DNA from: Rhynchobatus australiae
Lineage: Eukaryota
DNA: 64,000 bases
Direction of reading: 5' to 3'
NCBI GenBank assembly: GCA_034780895.1
Contig: JAUZTB010000066.1
Span: 11,898,291-11,962,290, forward strand
In this document: positions 25,861 through 39,685 of the stretch, piece by piece
Layout of the letters: each line of letters opens with the position of its first letter
Numbering within the stretch: position 1 is the first letter of the stretch
The notes under the pieces: model-generated
Told to the model about the DNA's origin: nothing
Database searches by the model: none
Seen by the model: only the letters and a program-made list of their open reading frames with translations
Position numbers and translations under genes: made by a program

Positions 25861-27815
25861 ACACAGTAAGAAGAATGATTAGGTTGCTAAGGCACTTTAA
25901 AGAACAGCTGAACCAATCACATGTCTTCGGAGAGGCCAAGTAGGGCAACACAAGAGACAGCAGGTGCTGGAATCTGGAGTAACACACACAAAATGCTGGA
26001 GGAACTCAGCAGGTCAGTCAGTATCTGTGGAGAGAAATAAACAGTTGACATTTTGGCCCGAGAACCTTCACCCATCCTGGTCTTGCTCCAGATGGGGCAG
26101 CATATTCTCTTTCCTGGGCCAGATTTGGGTCTTCCTGCTGCTNNNNNNNNNNNNNNNNNNNNNNNNNNNNNNNNNNNNNNNNNNNNNNNNNNNNNNNNNN
26201 NNNNNNNNNNNNNNNNNNNNNNNNNNNNNNNNNNNNNNNNNNNNNNNNNNNNNNNNNNNNNNNNNNNNNNNNNNNNNNNNNNNNNNNNNNNNNNNNNNNN
26301 NNNNNNNNNNNNNNNNNNNNNNNNNNNNNNNNNNNNNNNNNNNNNNNNNNNNNNNNNNNNNNNNNNNNNNNNNNNNNNNNNNNNNNNNNNNNNNNNNNNN
26401 NNNNNNNNNNNNNNNNNNNNNNNNNNNNNNNNNNNNNNNNNNNNNNNNNNNNNNNNNNNNNNNNNNNNNNNNNNNNNNNNNNNNNNNNNNNNNNNNNNNN
26501 NNNNNNNNNNNNNNNNNNNNNNNNNNNNNNNNNNNNNNNNNNNNNNNNNNNNNNNNNNNNNNNNNNNNNNNNNNNNNNNNNNNNNNNNNNNNNNNNNNNN
26601 NNNNNNNNNNNNNNNNNNNNNNNNNNNNNNNNNNNNNNNNNNNNNNNNNNNNNNNNNNNNNNNNNNNNNNNNNNNNNNNNNNNNNNNNNNNNNNNNNNNN
26701 NNNNNNNNNNNNNNNNNNNNNNNNNNNNNNNNNNNNNNNNNNNNNNNNNNNNNNNNNNNNNNNNNNNNNNNNNNNNNNNNNNNNNNNNNNNNNNNNNNNN
26801 NNNNNNNNNNNNNNNNNNNNNNNNNNNNNNNNNNNNNNNNNNNNNNNNNNNNNNNNNNNNNNNNNNNNNNNNNNNNNNNNNNNNNNNNNNNNNNNNNNNN
26901 NNNNNNNNNNNNNNNNNNNNNNNNNNNNNNNNNNNNNNNNNNNNNNNNNNNNNNNNNNNNNNNNNNNNNNNNNNNNNNNNNNNNNNNNNNNNNNNNNNNN
27001 NNNNNNNNNNNNNNNNNNNNNNNNNNNNNNNNNNNNNNNNNNNNNNNNNNNNNNNNNNNNNNNNNNNNNNNNNNNNNNNNNNNNNNNNNNNNNNNNNNNN
27101 TTCATCAATGACCTTCCTTTAACATAAGGTGAGAAGTGGGGATGTTTATAGATGAGTATTAATTATTCCACTTACAACTCCTCTGACAGCAGTTTCCAAA
27201 CCCACAAACTCGACCAATAAGAGGGGAAGGGTGGCAGATGCAAGGGAATAAACCCCCAGCAGGTTCCCGTCCAAGTTGCAAACCATCTTGATTTGTAAAA
27301 ATATCAATGGCCTTTCATCATTACTGGGTCTAAACTCTACAACCCCCTCAGATCACTAGACAGGCTGCAACAGTTCGGGAAGGCAGCTCACCAGCACCTG
27401 ATCAAGGGCTATAATAAATGTTGCTCTAGTTCTGGCTCAGCTCAATCCACTATCAATTTAGAAGATGCATATACTCTGGCTCCTGAAAGCAGTATTTTTG
27501 CAGAGTTTGTCTATAAATTATACTTGCTGCCTTGTTAAGTGTGGCCCAGTGTATTGTTTTAAATTGCCTGTTGCACCCACAATGTGATGGATTAGAACCA
27601 AGGGCCTGTGCAATGAGTTTACAGCAGTGCATCTATTGTGCCATTGTTCTTACTGAACGTTTGCTAGGGTTTTTTTAACAATGGGAGTGTTGCTGCTTTA
27701 TATGGGTAAGGCTGGCATCAGTGGTTTATGAAGATCTAAACTGCAGCCTAGAATTTTAACTGTTGTATTGAAGAAGGCATTTCACAGCTCTCTCTATCAT
27801 TATGTGAAAACTATA

Positions 27816-28302
27816 TATAGAAAAACTCCGAAAATCCAGCATCCTTGGAACTTAGGTGGTGCCAGACTAGGAGATTTTCTGGACTATTGGATGTTACTCC
27901 TATTAATACCCAAACACACTTTTTGACATGTTGCCCAGTGGTGTAATAAATTTTCTTTGAACCTGTTAAGCTGANNNNNNNNNNNNNNNNNNNNNNNNNN
28001 NNNNNNNNNNNNNNNNNNNNNNNNNNNNNNNNNNNNNNNNNNNNNNNNNNNNNNNNNNNNNNNNNNNNNNNNNNGGAAATATTCAAGCACTCTGAACGCT
28101 GGATCTGGCTGCGAATGTACCCACATTCCCGACCCCTGGTGTTCCGGATCCTAGCTCCGGCTACATACCCCACAGTGCAGACCCCAGCCCAGCCCTCACT
28201 CTGAACGCCGCCCCCCCCGGCTCAGATTCCAGACCAATGAGTGGGCCAGGTGCCAAACCATCAGGAACTCCGAACAATCGGATGTATTGGAATTTTACAG
28301 TA
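27816..28302. mobile_element. Tigger/pogo-like MITE
   Basis: The left end tatagaaaaactccgaaaatcc and right end ggatgtattggaattttacagta form imperfect terminal inverted repeats with TA ends. Confidence 0.5.
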
Positions 28303-29482
28303 AACAGTTTTAATATTTTATATAATTTTTTGACCTTAGTACTTAAACTTTTATCCATTATTTTTTGAAGCTAAAAATGCACAGAAGGTGCAACAATATA
28401 AAGAGGATTAAAAGCACACCACCTCTTTTCTGCTGATGTTATTTCCACATGCAACACATTACTTTGAAGTGCAGATACTCTTTTAGATGACAAAATTTAT
28501 GCCCAGCAAGATTTTACATACACTAGAGAGAAGATAAACCAGTCTGATTTTAGTATCACTGATCTTCTTTGAATACTGGTATGACACTTTTAGTGTATAG
28601 CCCTGATAATTCTGCCTTCAGATGTGCAATTGCTGGACTATGTGTCCTGAGGCAGTGTTCAGTTTTCCAACCTCCTGACCTCAAAGCAAATGTACTACTG
28701 GGATCAAGCTGCCACACTATTGTAACTCCACTGGTGAACATTCCATCTGGTAGGCTGGTCCTAATGGTATGTGAAACGCTAAGGTGTATGTTATCTCAGC
28801 TTTCCCTCTCATTTTAAAACAGTTTCACTGTTTCACTTCTTGTCGGAGGTTAATATAGCTTGAATAGTTACTGCTAAACCTATCTGTACTGGCATTTATG
28901 TGACCTAAATACCACTTGTGTCACCTAGCGATTACAGTTTTCCTCAGCTATCTCTTAGTTTCAGATTATTTATTTTCAGAAACATGCTTGGAATTCGATG
29001 TCCAGGTTTGATAGCTACTGGAAGCTGCATTTATATTTCATCCCATGACACCCTCGTACAATTCACTGCCACTTTTGGACGACAGCTCTCACAGAACAAG
29101 ATCCTCCAACTTTCATCTCCTGGTTCATCTGGGAAGACTGTAGCCCGCAATACCAAGCAGGCCCTGCACTTTTAATAGTGCGACTGGAATTTTAAATCCA
29201 CATATGGAAATGGATAGGATCTTGGTTTAATGGCTCATGGAAACTATGAACTTCCCAACAATTCAACGTTCTGTTGGTATTGAAATATCACCAGTTATCT
29301 GAGTGGGCCCTGTAGCATGATTGACCATCTTGGATTGGATCCGTGATCTGTTGTCAGTTGCTTCCTTGGCTATGAAGGTGTGGAATGGGAGCGATGAAAG
29401 TTGGTAAAAATAAAGGGTGAATGCTTCTATCATCATCTATAATCTGGAGCCAACATCAGTGAGCCAAGAACCACTTAATAGC

Positions 29483-29739
29483 TGTAATGTATCTTTAAGC
29501 ATGGAACATGTTGTTCACTCTGTAGCAATGTGTACATTCGTGTTGATGCCCCAATGCACAGCCGTCATATGGACTGTCTGCTTCTCAACAATGAAACATT
29601 TCACAGGAATTCAAACTGCTGGTTAAAAGTCTGCATCAGTTTTACAGTCACAACAAAACTAGTTTACTTCTTATAAATGAACCCCTGCTTTTTGGACTAT
29701 GTTCATGCTGTATCCCAGTGCATTCTGAAGGCATGAACA
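29483..29739 (+). repeat. 5' LTR of Gypsy element
   Basis: tgtaatgtatctttaagcatggaa...tgcattctgaaggcatgaaca aligns with 34300-34561 and is followed by the PBS. Confidence 0.8.
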
Positions 29740-30049
29740 GTTGGCAGTGAGGATGTCGTTAAAGAATAAAGATGAATCTCACATGCCAAACGTTGGGTGA
29801 GTTGAAAGCACCAATGACTGATTTCTTTCATGGTGCTTTCCTTTAACCACTTACAAACAATCCAGTTTGTCCTAATGTGTGTGTGAGCATATCAAGCGAC
29901 AGTGGATGAGACAACGGTATTGACCTGTGGCACACACCAGATCAGCTGAGCAGGAGGGGAACAGGCTGCCACAAGTGGCAGTGTTGGGTACATTGGCCGG
30001 GGCCAAGAACCATTGAGTTTGTGTATCGAATAAGTGGACGTGTTCTTTA

Positions 30050-30485
30050 ATGCGAGTCCTCCCTGGGTCACGAACACTCGGTTTATGGGCACCCCGCACA
30101 TACAAACGAGCGTTTGGGTGACTGGTGGGATAGATGGGGATGGATTTGTGGGGCTGCAGGCATCTTCTGCCAGGTAGGAATGGGACATTTCTGTGTGCTT
30201 TCTCTACACCACCCCCCCCCCCCCAAACCTCCCCATCCCAAGCTGCAACAATCAGGGGCTGGGCGGAGCTGAGCAGGGCTGGGACTGCTGAGCAGAGTCG
30301 CTCACTCACTGAGTCGGTGAGGCCGGCTGTCGGCCGTTCTTCCTGTGCCTGCTCCCTCTCCTCTCACAGCCGTTTCTGTGACCCTCTCCCACACGCTGTT
30401 TGTGTTCAGTTCCAACTTAGTAACAGTTTGGGTTACGGACAATTCTCAGGAACGGAACCTTCCTGTAACCCAGGGACCGCCTGTA
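30050..30485. mobile_element. Tc1/mariner Tigger-like non-autonomous DNA transposon nested in the Gypsy element
   Basis: The right end gtaacccagggaccgcctgta is an imperfect inverted match to the left end gtcctccctgggtcacg; CpG-richer interior and TA terminus. Confidence 0.55.
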
Positions 30486-31316
30486 AGATGCTAGAGGTTG
30501 AGGACTGAGGTGACATCATCAGAACCCAAAACAATGCAATATGTGTTCTTTAAAAAACCAATACTCCTGACAGAAGTTAGGCCACATCATTCAGCATGGT
30601 GACAAATCATCTTGTAGGATGCTTTATTTAAAGATGTGCAGAAACAAACAGTTGCTTTAATCCAAATCCAATGGAAATATCTACAATTTTGAAACAAGGA
30701 GCCAGGAGCATGGTGACATAATCAGAGAACACATTGCTTCATTTATGAGTTTAGCCTTGCATTGCTTTTTCATGTCCATGTGATAGCTCTGGCTCAGAGA
30801 TGAATGAATTCAGTCAATGCTGCTGAGCTCTCGAATGCTGACATTCAAGCTTGCAGGTAAAATTGCTTTGTCAATCGAAATGGCATCCAAGAATACCACA
30901 AATAACTGGAATAACATCCTCAGTCCACACTCAGAGAGCCAATAAAAGAACTGAGTCCAACAGAGGCTGATAAGACTAGTTCAAGACTACTGCCATTGAT
31001 GCAATCACCATCACTCACCACGGTCTTGGTGAGTGACGGTCATTGCAACAAGAAAGGTCACATATTGACTACCTGCAGATCCAAGGCCAAGGCAAACACG
31101 AAAAGCAATTTCAGTGACAAATCAAAGCTACAACTGAAAGGTGGAATTTGTGGTTTGGAAGTTCATTCGGACAATGAGGAACAGGAATTGTACAGTAGGC
31201 ACAAGTCATAACCACAGCAAACAGGCTACTTTTCCAGTAAAGGTATAAAGTAACAAAAACTGCTGCAGACTATGGGGTAATCAGCCAAGGTATATATTTG
31301 AGCAAGTTCAGCCAGA

Positions 31317-31499
31317 TACAGGTGTCTCCCGCATTACGGGGGCACTGCATTCCCAGAAAACCGTCTGTATCACGATTTTCCGTAACGTAAAGCCACATCA
31401 TCCGCATATGCAGCAAGAAATGCCAGCTGAAAATAAAAAATTGATGCACAAATTCTGCATCAACAATGTGTCAAATCCATAAAATGTGATAAGGCTGTT
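31317..31499. mobile_element. Short Tigger-like MITE remnant nested in the Gypsy element
   Basis: Left terminus tacaggtgtctcccgcattacg is typical of TA-CAG Tigger ends; the right end is degenerate. Confidence 0.4.
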
Positions 31500-31619
31500 T
31501 GGAAGGATGGTGCAGAATTCCACGATTCCTTTCAGACCTTGTGACAGTGCTCAGGCGTGAGGAAGGAACAAAATCTGCATAGATGAATGCACTGAATGCA
31601 TGGGAAGATTGGCAGATGA

Positions 31620-32385
31620 AGCTCAAAGTCCTCAGCCATCTCCAGTGAGACCGAATGCAAATTAGAAAAACAACACCTCCCATTCCACTTGGGTAGCCTA
31701 CTGCCCATTGGTAGGAGCATTGAGTTTTCCAGTTTCAGGTGGCCCATTTCCCCTATTCCTTTCCCACTCCCACCAGTCCACCCTGGTTCTCTCTCCCTTT
31801 GTTCACCTTTGCCATCCCACCCTTCCCCCTCCCACCCACGCTACCTTCCCCCACCTGGTCCCATCTGCCCATCACCCACATACTTATCCTTCCTCTCCCT
31901 TGGTNNNNNNNNNNNNNNNNNNNNNNNNNNNNNNNNNNNNNNNNNNNNNNNNNNNNNNNNNNNNNNNNNNNNNNNNNNNNNNNNNNNNNNNNNNNNNNNN
32001 NNNNATACCTATCTCGTTAGGTGTCTTCTCCCCCGGTTCACCTTTCCTATCTCCTTCCCTACCTGGTTCCATCTGCTCATCCCTCACCTCGTTCCACCTA
32101 TCGCCTACCAGCCTCGGTCTGAACACTCCCTCCTCTCACACCTGGCTCCACCTGCCCATCATCTCCCCCAACCTCCTCTCATCTGGTTCCACCTGTTGCC
32201 CACCAGCCTTGGTCTCACCCCTCCCTCTCACTTCCATATACTGGCTATCTTCCCTCCACACTCTCAGTCCTGATGCAGGGTCTCAATCAGAAATGCCAAC
32301 CATTCCTTTGTCTTCACAGGTGCTGCTTGACCCTCTGAGTTCTTCCACCAGTTTATTTTTTGCTCCAGATTCCAGCAACTACAGT
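31620..32385 (+). mobile_element. Penelope-like element 3' fragment (GIY-YIG C-terminus plus pLTR) nested in the Gypsy element
   Basis: CKLEKQHL..LGSLLP.G.SIEFSSF, then a pyrimidine-rich pLTR, a hammerhead-like motif at 32266 and the tail gctccagattccagca. Confidence 0.8.
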
Positions 32386-33349
32386 CGAGGTTCTCCTTGT
32401 TCATTACAAGCTGACATTGGCATGTCATGTGCCAAGTTATGGTGTAAGTACAGTGATAAGAGGTATGATGGATGATTATCACGAGAAACTCATCACTTTC
32501 ATTTCTCACACCCTCACAAAAATTGAGCAGAAATGAAGAAGGAGCCACCAATAAAATCGTGTTTGGAATCAAGGGATTTCATTTGTTTTTATGGGGCAGA
32601 TGCTTTTCCTGNNNNNNNNNNNNNNNNNNNNNNNNNNNNNNNNNNNNNNNNNNNNNNNNNNNNNNNNNNNNNNNNNNNNNNNNNNNNNNNNNNNNNNNNN
32701 NNNNNNNNNNNNNNNNNNNNNNNNNNNNNNNNNNNNNNNNNNNNNNNNNNNNNNNNNNNNNNNNNNNNNNNNNNNNNNNNNNNNNNNNNNNNNNNNNNNN
32801 NNNNNNNNNNNNNNNNNNNNNNNNNNNNNNNNNNNNNNNNNNNNNNNNNNNNNNNNNNNNNNNNNNNNNNNNNNNNNNNNNNNNNNNNNNNNNNNNNNNN
32901 NNNNNNNNNNNNNNNNNNNNNNNNNNNNNNNNNNNNNNNNNNNNNNNNNNNNNNNNNNNNNNNNNNNNNNNNNNNNNNNNNNNNNNNNNNNNNNNNNNNN
33001 NNNNNNNNNNNNNNNNNNNNNNNNNNNNNNNNNNNNNNNNNNNNNNNNATCACAGCTGTTCTGTCTTGGGCCCTGCTTGAGAACTCTGATGTTGGAGGTG
33101 AAAGTGGGATCTACATGTTAAGTGTGGTTGGTAAGATCTTTCCAATCACTGAGTCTGAAGTTACTAATAAGACCCAGACAGTCCCAGCTTTGAAAATGGT
33201 CGATGGATGGATTTTGAAAGGATAGCTAGAACTTGACCCATGTACAGACAAGGAACTGAAGGTGTTCCTCAATCGTTGCAGTGAATTTTCATGTGAGTAG
33301 GATCCTTTAGGTGGGATTATGGAGGGGTAATGCCCACTGTTTTAATGGA

Positions 33350-33700
33350 AGAGATTTTGGCTGAACTTCATGCAGAAGGTAGCCACAATGAAATCAATAG
33401 CAAGAAGCTCTGTTTCCTGCCCTCAGTTAGACAGTGATGTTGATTCATTGGTAAGAAATTAAATAGCTGCCAAAGTTGTGGAAACAAGTCACCAAAATCG
33501 TTTCTGCAGTTATGGTCATGGGCAACTAGATCATTTCAGAGAGTACACGTAGACTTTGTGAATGATAATTTCCTGATAATGGTTGATTGTCACTCAAAGT
33601 GGATTGAAGTGAAGCACTTGGGTTCAGGCACCACCACTGAACAGATTACAGACAAGCTCTTGGTTTAGCAAGAGCTTACTTTCTGTCAGTGGCCATCAGT
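33350..33700 (+). pseudogene. Decayed Gypsy integrase fragment
   Basis: LAELHAEGSH (zinc-binding region) and FQRVHVDFVNDNFLIMVDCHSKWIEVKHLGSGTTTEQITDKL (first catalytic Asp region), with frameshifts and stops around them. Confidence 0.82.
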
Positions 33701-34299
33701 TTGAATTTACTCAGCTTCAAATGGAGCAGCTGAGAGGTCAGTCAGAACAGGAAGCCCTCAATAAGCAGGGACATTCAAAACTTAGCACAAAGCATTGCTG
33801 AATTCTTGATCATGAGAAGATTGAGGATACATGTGAAACTTGTTCAACCAAATATGACTTCTAGAGTTGAACATAGGCATTGAATCAGAAGGGTCACTCT
33901 GGTGTTAATCAGAAATAAAAGGCATTTTCAAGCAAAATGCAGAAATTCATGTTTTTAGCTCATCTAGTATGTCAAGCTCAACAAAAGTGGGAAATAGGAA
34001 GCAAGCTATAGGGATGTGAAACCCAAAGATGGTTGAGTAAAACTGGTGATAACATCAGGTGTTTGTGTCGATCAGATTATCTCTGCCAGCGATGAACCAC
34101 GTCCAGATGTTAAGCCACTTGACCTTACCGTTCTGTCGAGTTGGATCCAGTGCTCAGAATCAAATAAAGAACTAAAAACCCAAAAGTGGATTCAACACTG
34201 AAACCTGTGAGATTAGGAAGACCTGATCTAGAGTAATCCCATGTGTACATTGACATGTTACTTGTACATCACTGTCGTTTTAGAAAAGGGGGAATAGTT

Positions 34300-34561
34300 T
34301 GTGATGTATTTTTAACCGTGGAATGTGCTTTCTTATATGTAGCAAAATGTTCATGTTGTTACCACATTTTACAGTACAATCATGTGAGTGTGCCTGCTTC
34401 CCAACAATGTAGGAGTCTCACAGCCATTCAATCTGCAGCTAAAGTCTGCTTCAAGTCTTAAAGTCCCAATATGTAAATAGTTTGTGTCCTCTTTTGTAAA
34501 TTAACCTCTCCCTCCTTTGGATATATTTAGGCTGCCCTCAATGCATTCTGAAGACATTACA
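34300..34561 (+). repeat. 3' LTR of Gypsy element
   Basis: tgtgatgtatttttaaccgtggaa...tgcattctgaagacattaca, preceded by the polypurine tract. Confidence 0.8.
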
Positions 34562-37500
34562 TTTTCCTTTACAAATAAGCTCAGCAATCCAACAAAAATC
34601 TCCAGACCAGGAGCATGAAAGTGAGGGGATGTTTTTCTTTCTCTGTCTTTGAACTTGAGCCTCTGAGACTAATTGTAGTCAACTGTGCTCTTGTGGAATT
34701 AGAACAGTTCCGTAATGCATCGTACACTGGGCTGCTTGATGGGTTGTTGTTAATTTTAGTTTCAATGTTTTTCATGGCTTTAAGACGGATTTGGCTTTAG
34801 CTCCTTGTAAGGATAGTGTCTTATGATACTGATACTTTATTAAGAACATGAAAGCTAGGAAATTAGGAGCAGCAAGCTATACAGTTCCTGTTCTGCCATT
34901 TTGCCATTCGATACAATCACATTCCTGCTGAATCCCCATAACTATCCATCTCGCAGTATCCATGAACACAGCAACAAATGAGCATCTACAGATCATCCCT
35001 TTTCATAGCTATATATCATTCTGTAATAAGACTGATGAAGATCAGAGAAAAGTACTTCACAAACTTAGTTGCCTGAGTGTATCTCTTCTTTCCATGATAT
35101 ACTCCATTAAAGGAGTGGTTTGTTTTTGCTCTGTGCAACCAACCAAGATCACATCACATTGCAAGAGGTACCTGCAGGCAGCTGGATACAAACATCTGTG
35201 AATTTAAACTAATATTGCAAGACATCAAGTGCCAGAGACTCGGCAACCAACAGAAAATAGGCTGCATTTGAAATACAGAAACATATGGGAGATGTTCTTA
35301 TGGCAAAAGTATTAAAAATGTTTCTCAAAAAATCTAAAACAAGCAATTATATCTACTCAAGACATAATCGAAATCCAGCTTCCAATTCTAACTAATTGCT
35401 CTTCCATATATATATAGATAGATACATAAATAGAAGAAATATATTACATGTAAAAACATGCACCCTCGACATGCATACAATGGAACTAATATCAGTTTAA
35501 CTTAAGGATTAGGTCACAATTATCCCACTGAATATTTTCTGCAAATGTGGAACTGGAAGCTGATTGGGAAGAAATAATGAAGTGATTCATAACTGCAGAT
35601 GAAAATGTTTACCTGGCTGCTTATTTAGAAAAAAAGTTCTTAAATGTATAAAATAAAGTCACAGAAACATTCAGCACAGAAACAGGTGCGTCAGTCCACT
35701 ATGTCCATCATGTACTGCGGTAAGTGGTAGAGGTGGGGACAATTACAACATTTAAAAGATATTTGGACGGGTACATGGATAAGAAAGGTTTAGAGGGAAA
35801 TGGGCCAAATGCAGGCAAATGGAACTAGCTCAGGTAGGTTCCTTGGTCGGCATGGATGAGTTGGGCTAAAGGGCCAATTTCCGTGCTGTATAACTCTGTG
35901 ACTCTACCCATCTGTATGAGTTCATTTACTAGTGCTTGGTTCATAACCTTTGATGCATTGGTGATTGAAATGCTTATCCAGACACTTCTAAAATGTTCTG
36001 AGAGTTCCGACCCCCAGCATCCCCTCAGGTAGCAAGGTTCAGGTTCCAGCCAGCTTCTGGGTAAAAAAATTCTTCCTCAAATTTCCTCTGAACCTCTTAC
36101 CTATACCTTAAATCTATCTAGTTTTAGATTCCTCTCTTTGAGGAAAGGTTTCTTGCTATTTATGCCCCTCACAATTTTGTATTCCTCAGTCAGGAATGCA
36201 ACAAAGGAGTTGCTGTCAGAAACATCTTGTGCAGAAACATGGAAGAAGCATTTGATTTAGCGGCTCAATCAGCATAAATGTTTTGTACCTATCGTGGATA
36301 GTTTTTTTGCAATTAAGAGTTATAAAGTCAAAGAATGTGAAAGTGTAAATAAAATCAATTTGCAGAAAATTGTAAATACACAAGGCAATCTATCAGCACC
36401 TGAAAAGCAAAAGGAGGTTAACATAAAATTATAAAGTCCCAGAAGGTTAGGATGCAGAATAAGGCCATTTGGTTCATCATGTCCATATTATCGAAACTAA
36501 TTCCATTTTCTAGCCTTTGGTCTGTAGTCACGTAAATCCAAATTTATCAGAGTGGTCCTGGCTGGAACAATAATCCCTCGCAGACTCTAGCTGACCTGTG
36601 TTCTTTCAGAGTTCTACCATGCTGTGTTTTTAATTAATACTGTGGGTGGTTTCATCACAATCCACAGTAAGATGCATTCTGGAGTTAAAAGATTACATAT
36701 TTAAGAGGTTAGTACATTGAGCAACACTTCAGTGTAGAACTGAGCAGAGCTGGATTAAAAATTTTTGCAGGACTAGGCACCAAGCAGAGTCAGGGCCCCT
36801 CTGAACCTCTGGACAATGTCCTGGATTCATCTAAATACANNNNNNNNNNNNNNNNNNNNNNNNNNNNNNNNNNNNNNNNNNNNNNNNNNNNNNNNNNNNN
36901 NNNNNNNNNNNNNNNNNNNNNNNNNNNNNNNNNNNNNNNNNNNNNNNNNNNNNNNNNNNNNNNNNNNNNNNNNNNNNNNNNNNNNNNNNNNNNNNNNNNN
37001 NNNNNNNNNNNNNNNNNNNNNNNNNNNNNNNNNNNNNNNNNNNNNNNNNNNNNNNNNNNNNNNNNNNNNNNNNNNNNNNNNNNNNNNNTCTGTAAGGAGT
37101 TTGTACGTTCTCCCTGTGTCTGCGTGGGTTTCCTCCGGGTGCTCCGGTTTCTTCCCACATTCCAAAGATGTACGGGTAGATTAATTTGGGGTTTAAAATG
37201 GGCAGTGTGGACTCGTTGGGCTGGAAGGGCCTGTTACCACGCTGTAAATAAAATTAAAATTAAAAAATTAAAATTAATTGACATGGCACAAGATTAACAA
37301 GGAATGCAAAACTACCAACATTGCACATTTATTTCTCTAGATGCTGCTGCATCACATTTCACTAATTCTCAGTAAGAAGAATGCACTCCCCTAGTTTCAA
37401 CATTTCTTGGATCTGGATGCTTCTTGTTTCCTTTCGGAATGGATCTAGTCCACAGGAAATATTGAAGATGTCATATGTAACCAAAGGCACACTTGGAGCC

Positions 37501-39685
37501 AAAGCAGACCTCAATAATGACAAGGTTAATGAATCAGCTGGCAAGTTCAGTCACCCATCTCCTATCCAATCCTGTTTTGCGAAGCACCAATGCATCAGCA
37601 ATCAAGCTTTGCTGGCATCATTTGAAGCTTGACACAGGCGGAAATTAATTGGCACTTTAGCCAAAATAGTTATCAGGGAAGATAGTTTGTAAGGGGAGTT
37701 AAAGTAAATGCATCATTATTGAATGCACAATTTTGTCTCCATGGATTCAGATTTATTCTCAAATGTCACACACTGAACTGCATTTTTATAAAGAGAAATG
37801 GAATGGAAAATTGATTGTACTGGGTGAACTCCAGCAGCAATGGATACAACAGCAGGCTTCAAGTTGTCACAACAATTCACAGTGCACAATAGTGAAGTAC
37901 TTCTCAATAAATAGAAATCATTAACGAGTATGAAAAGAGATAAAGCAAGAAACATTGCACAATTTTAAAGAGAAAATACAAGAGCACAGAGACCAGGGAG
38001 TGAGTGTTTGTGCATAAAACTTTGAAGTTGTCTGGATAAAACACATGAGATCCTGGGCGTAATAAACAGGGGAACAGAATCTAAAGCTAGGAAGTTATGC
38101 TAAACACTATTTCAGTTTCAACTTGAAAGTTGCTTTATCAGCCAGGATGACACTAATTGTGGTCACTGACTTAAAATTGTCCTGGTATTGCAGTTAAGTG
38201 GTGTTCCATGCTGCCTTCATCCACCTTACTGAGTGTCACCATGTAAACCTCATTGATCTGCAGCCAGACCAAAGGTCACCCCCAGATGAATAGCTCCCCA
38301 TGATTCTGAATATCAGCCCACCTCATATCCGTTGAGATGTTGCAACACACAGAGAGATTGCGCGGACAGTCGGTAACCCACCCTCCAATCCACTGGGACC
38401 TCTCTGACCTCACACACCCCAGCTCACCCCTTGGTTTCAAGGAATCATTTTGGCTCTTGCTTACCTCACCTTGTCAATTTCATCAGTGACAACAACACAA
38501 TGCAAAGCCATTAACCCAATGGCAAGGCTTTGGGGTTTCACCAGCTTCTGAGGACATGGGTGGTTGATAATTGGGACATTGGTGATATGGCCACTTGATG
38601 CATAACTAATGAATCAAGCCCCCTTCCTGTGAATGTACTGACCCAGATAAAACAATGAGCCATGTCATCAGCCTGTCCTTGATGCAGTTTCACTGGAGGT
38701 ACTTTTGAGATGAACTCCTTCTCCAAAAATCAATTCAGTAGTTTATGAAGCTCAAACTCACTTGATAAGCGTACACAAGGCAGCTCCAGCGAGAGGATCA
38801 TTCAACTGGACATCAGATTTTAGGAAGGACAGGAAGACCTTAGAGAGACACAGAAGAGATTTACAAGAGTGGTCTGGGACTGGGAGGTTATAGTTTCGCA
38901 CAGAAGCTGGAGAAATTGGGGTTGTTCCCCAAGAGCAGGGAAAGCTAAGATTTGGAAGTGATTTTGAAGGATTGAGTAGAAAAAAATTACTATTTTTCCG
39001 ATGTCTGAAAGGTTAAGAGACCACAGATTTAAGGGCACTGGAAAAGGAACCAAAGGCATTTGGAGAAAAACTTCTTCAAGCAATGACTTGGACTAATTCA
39101 TGAGGTAGCAGAAATATTTTCAGAAACGAAAAATAAACAAGTAACCAAAGGGAAAAAAATGCATGGATATTCAAATCGAATAAGTTGCTCTTTGAAACGT
39201 TCACATTGACTTGAAGGGCCTAATAGTCCTCATTGTTGTGTTCTATTCCATACTGATTGTGAGTAGCTGTTGATTGATGGAGCAATCTTTCCATAGTTGT
39301 AAATGTAAAGTAGGCTTACGTGAGAAATAGTGGTTCTAAACTACAAATCACAAATCTGATCCTAGGGCTTTGTTGGGAACACACTGAACTTCATTCTAAG
39401 GTGCACAGTCTGAATTGAATTAGATAAAGACTCTGGAAACAGGAGTCTCATCAATTATAACAAATGGGCCCTGAGCTAAAAGGTTAACTTTGGTTTTCTT
39501 TCCACAGATGCTGTCTGACTTGCTGAGTATGTCCAATATTTTTCTGTATTTATTCCAGATCTCCAGCCTTTGCTCTTTTTGCTTTTCAACGTGTAGCATT
39601 TTTATTTGAATTGAGAGTTGTGTTTCATAAATACATCTCAATTTTCATTTGTGCTTGGGAAACATATTAAGTAATTTCCCTCAGA

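Larger units (their letters stand above)
29483..34561 (+). mobile_element. Ancient Gypsy/Ty3 (Mag-like) LTR retrotransposon with both LTRs and nested insertions
   Basis: Two diverged LTRs of about 260 nt with TG...CA ends. PBS-like tggcagtgaggatg at 29742. CCHC knuckle remnant CNKKGHILTTC near 31044. Integrase remnant FQRVHVDF..FLIMVDCHSKWIEV from 33534. PPT agaaaagggggaa at 34282. Confidence 0.85.

Noticed and set aside
25964-27127. Long ORFs of 230-387 aa in the ORF track (also near 32533, 44234 and 56559-57469)
   Set aside because: Their length comes from translating N gaps as X; there is no real coding evidence apart from the embedded TADA2A exon at 56588-56659.
31708-32475. Pro/Ser/His-rich ORFs (also near 42352 and 52420)
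   Set aside because: They are translations of the C/T-rich Penelope pLTR.
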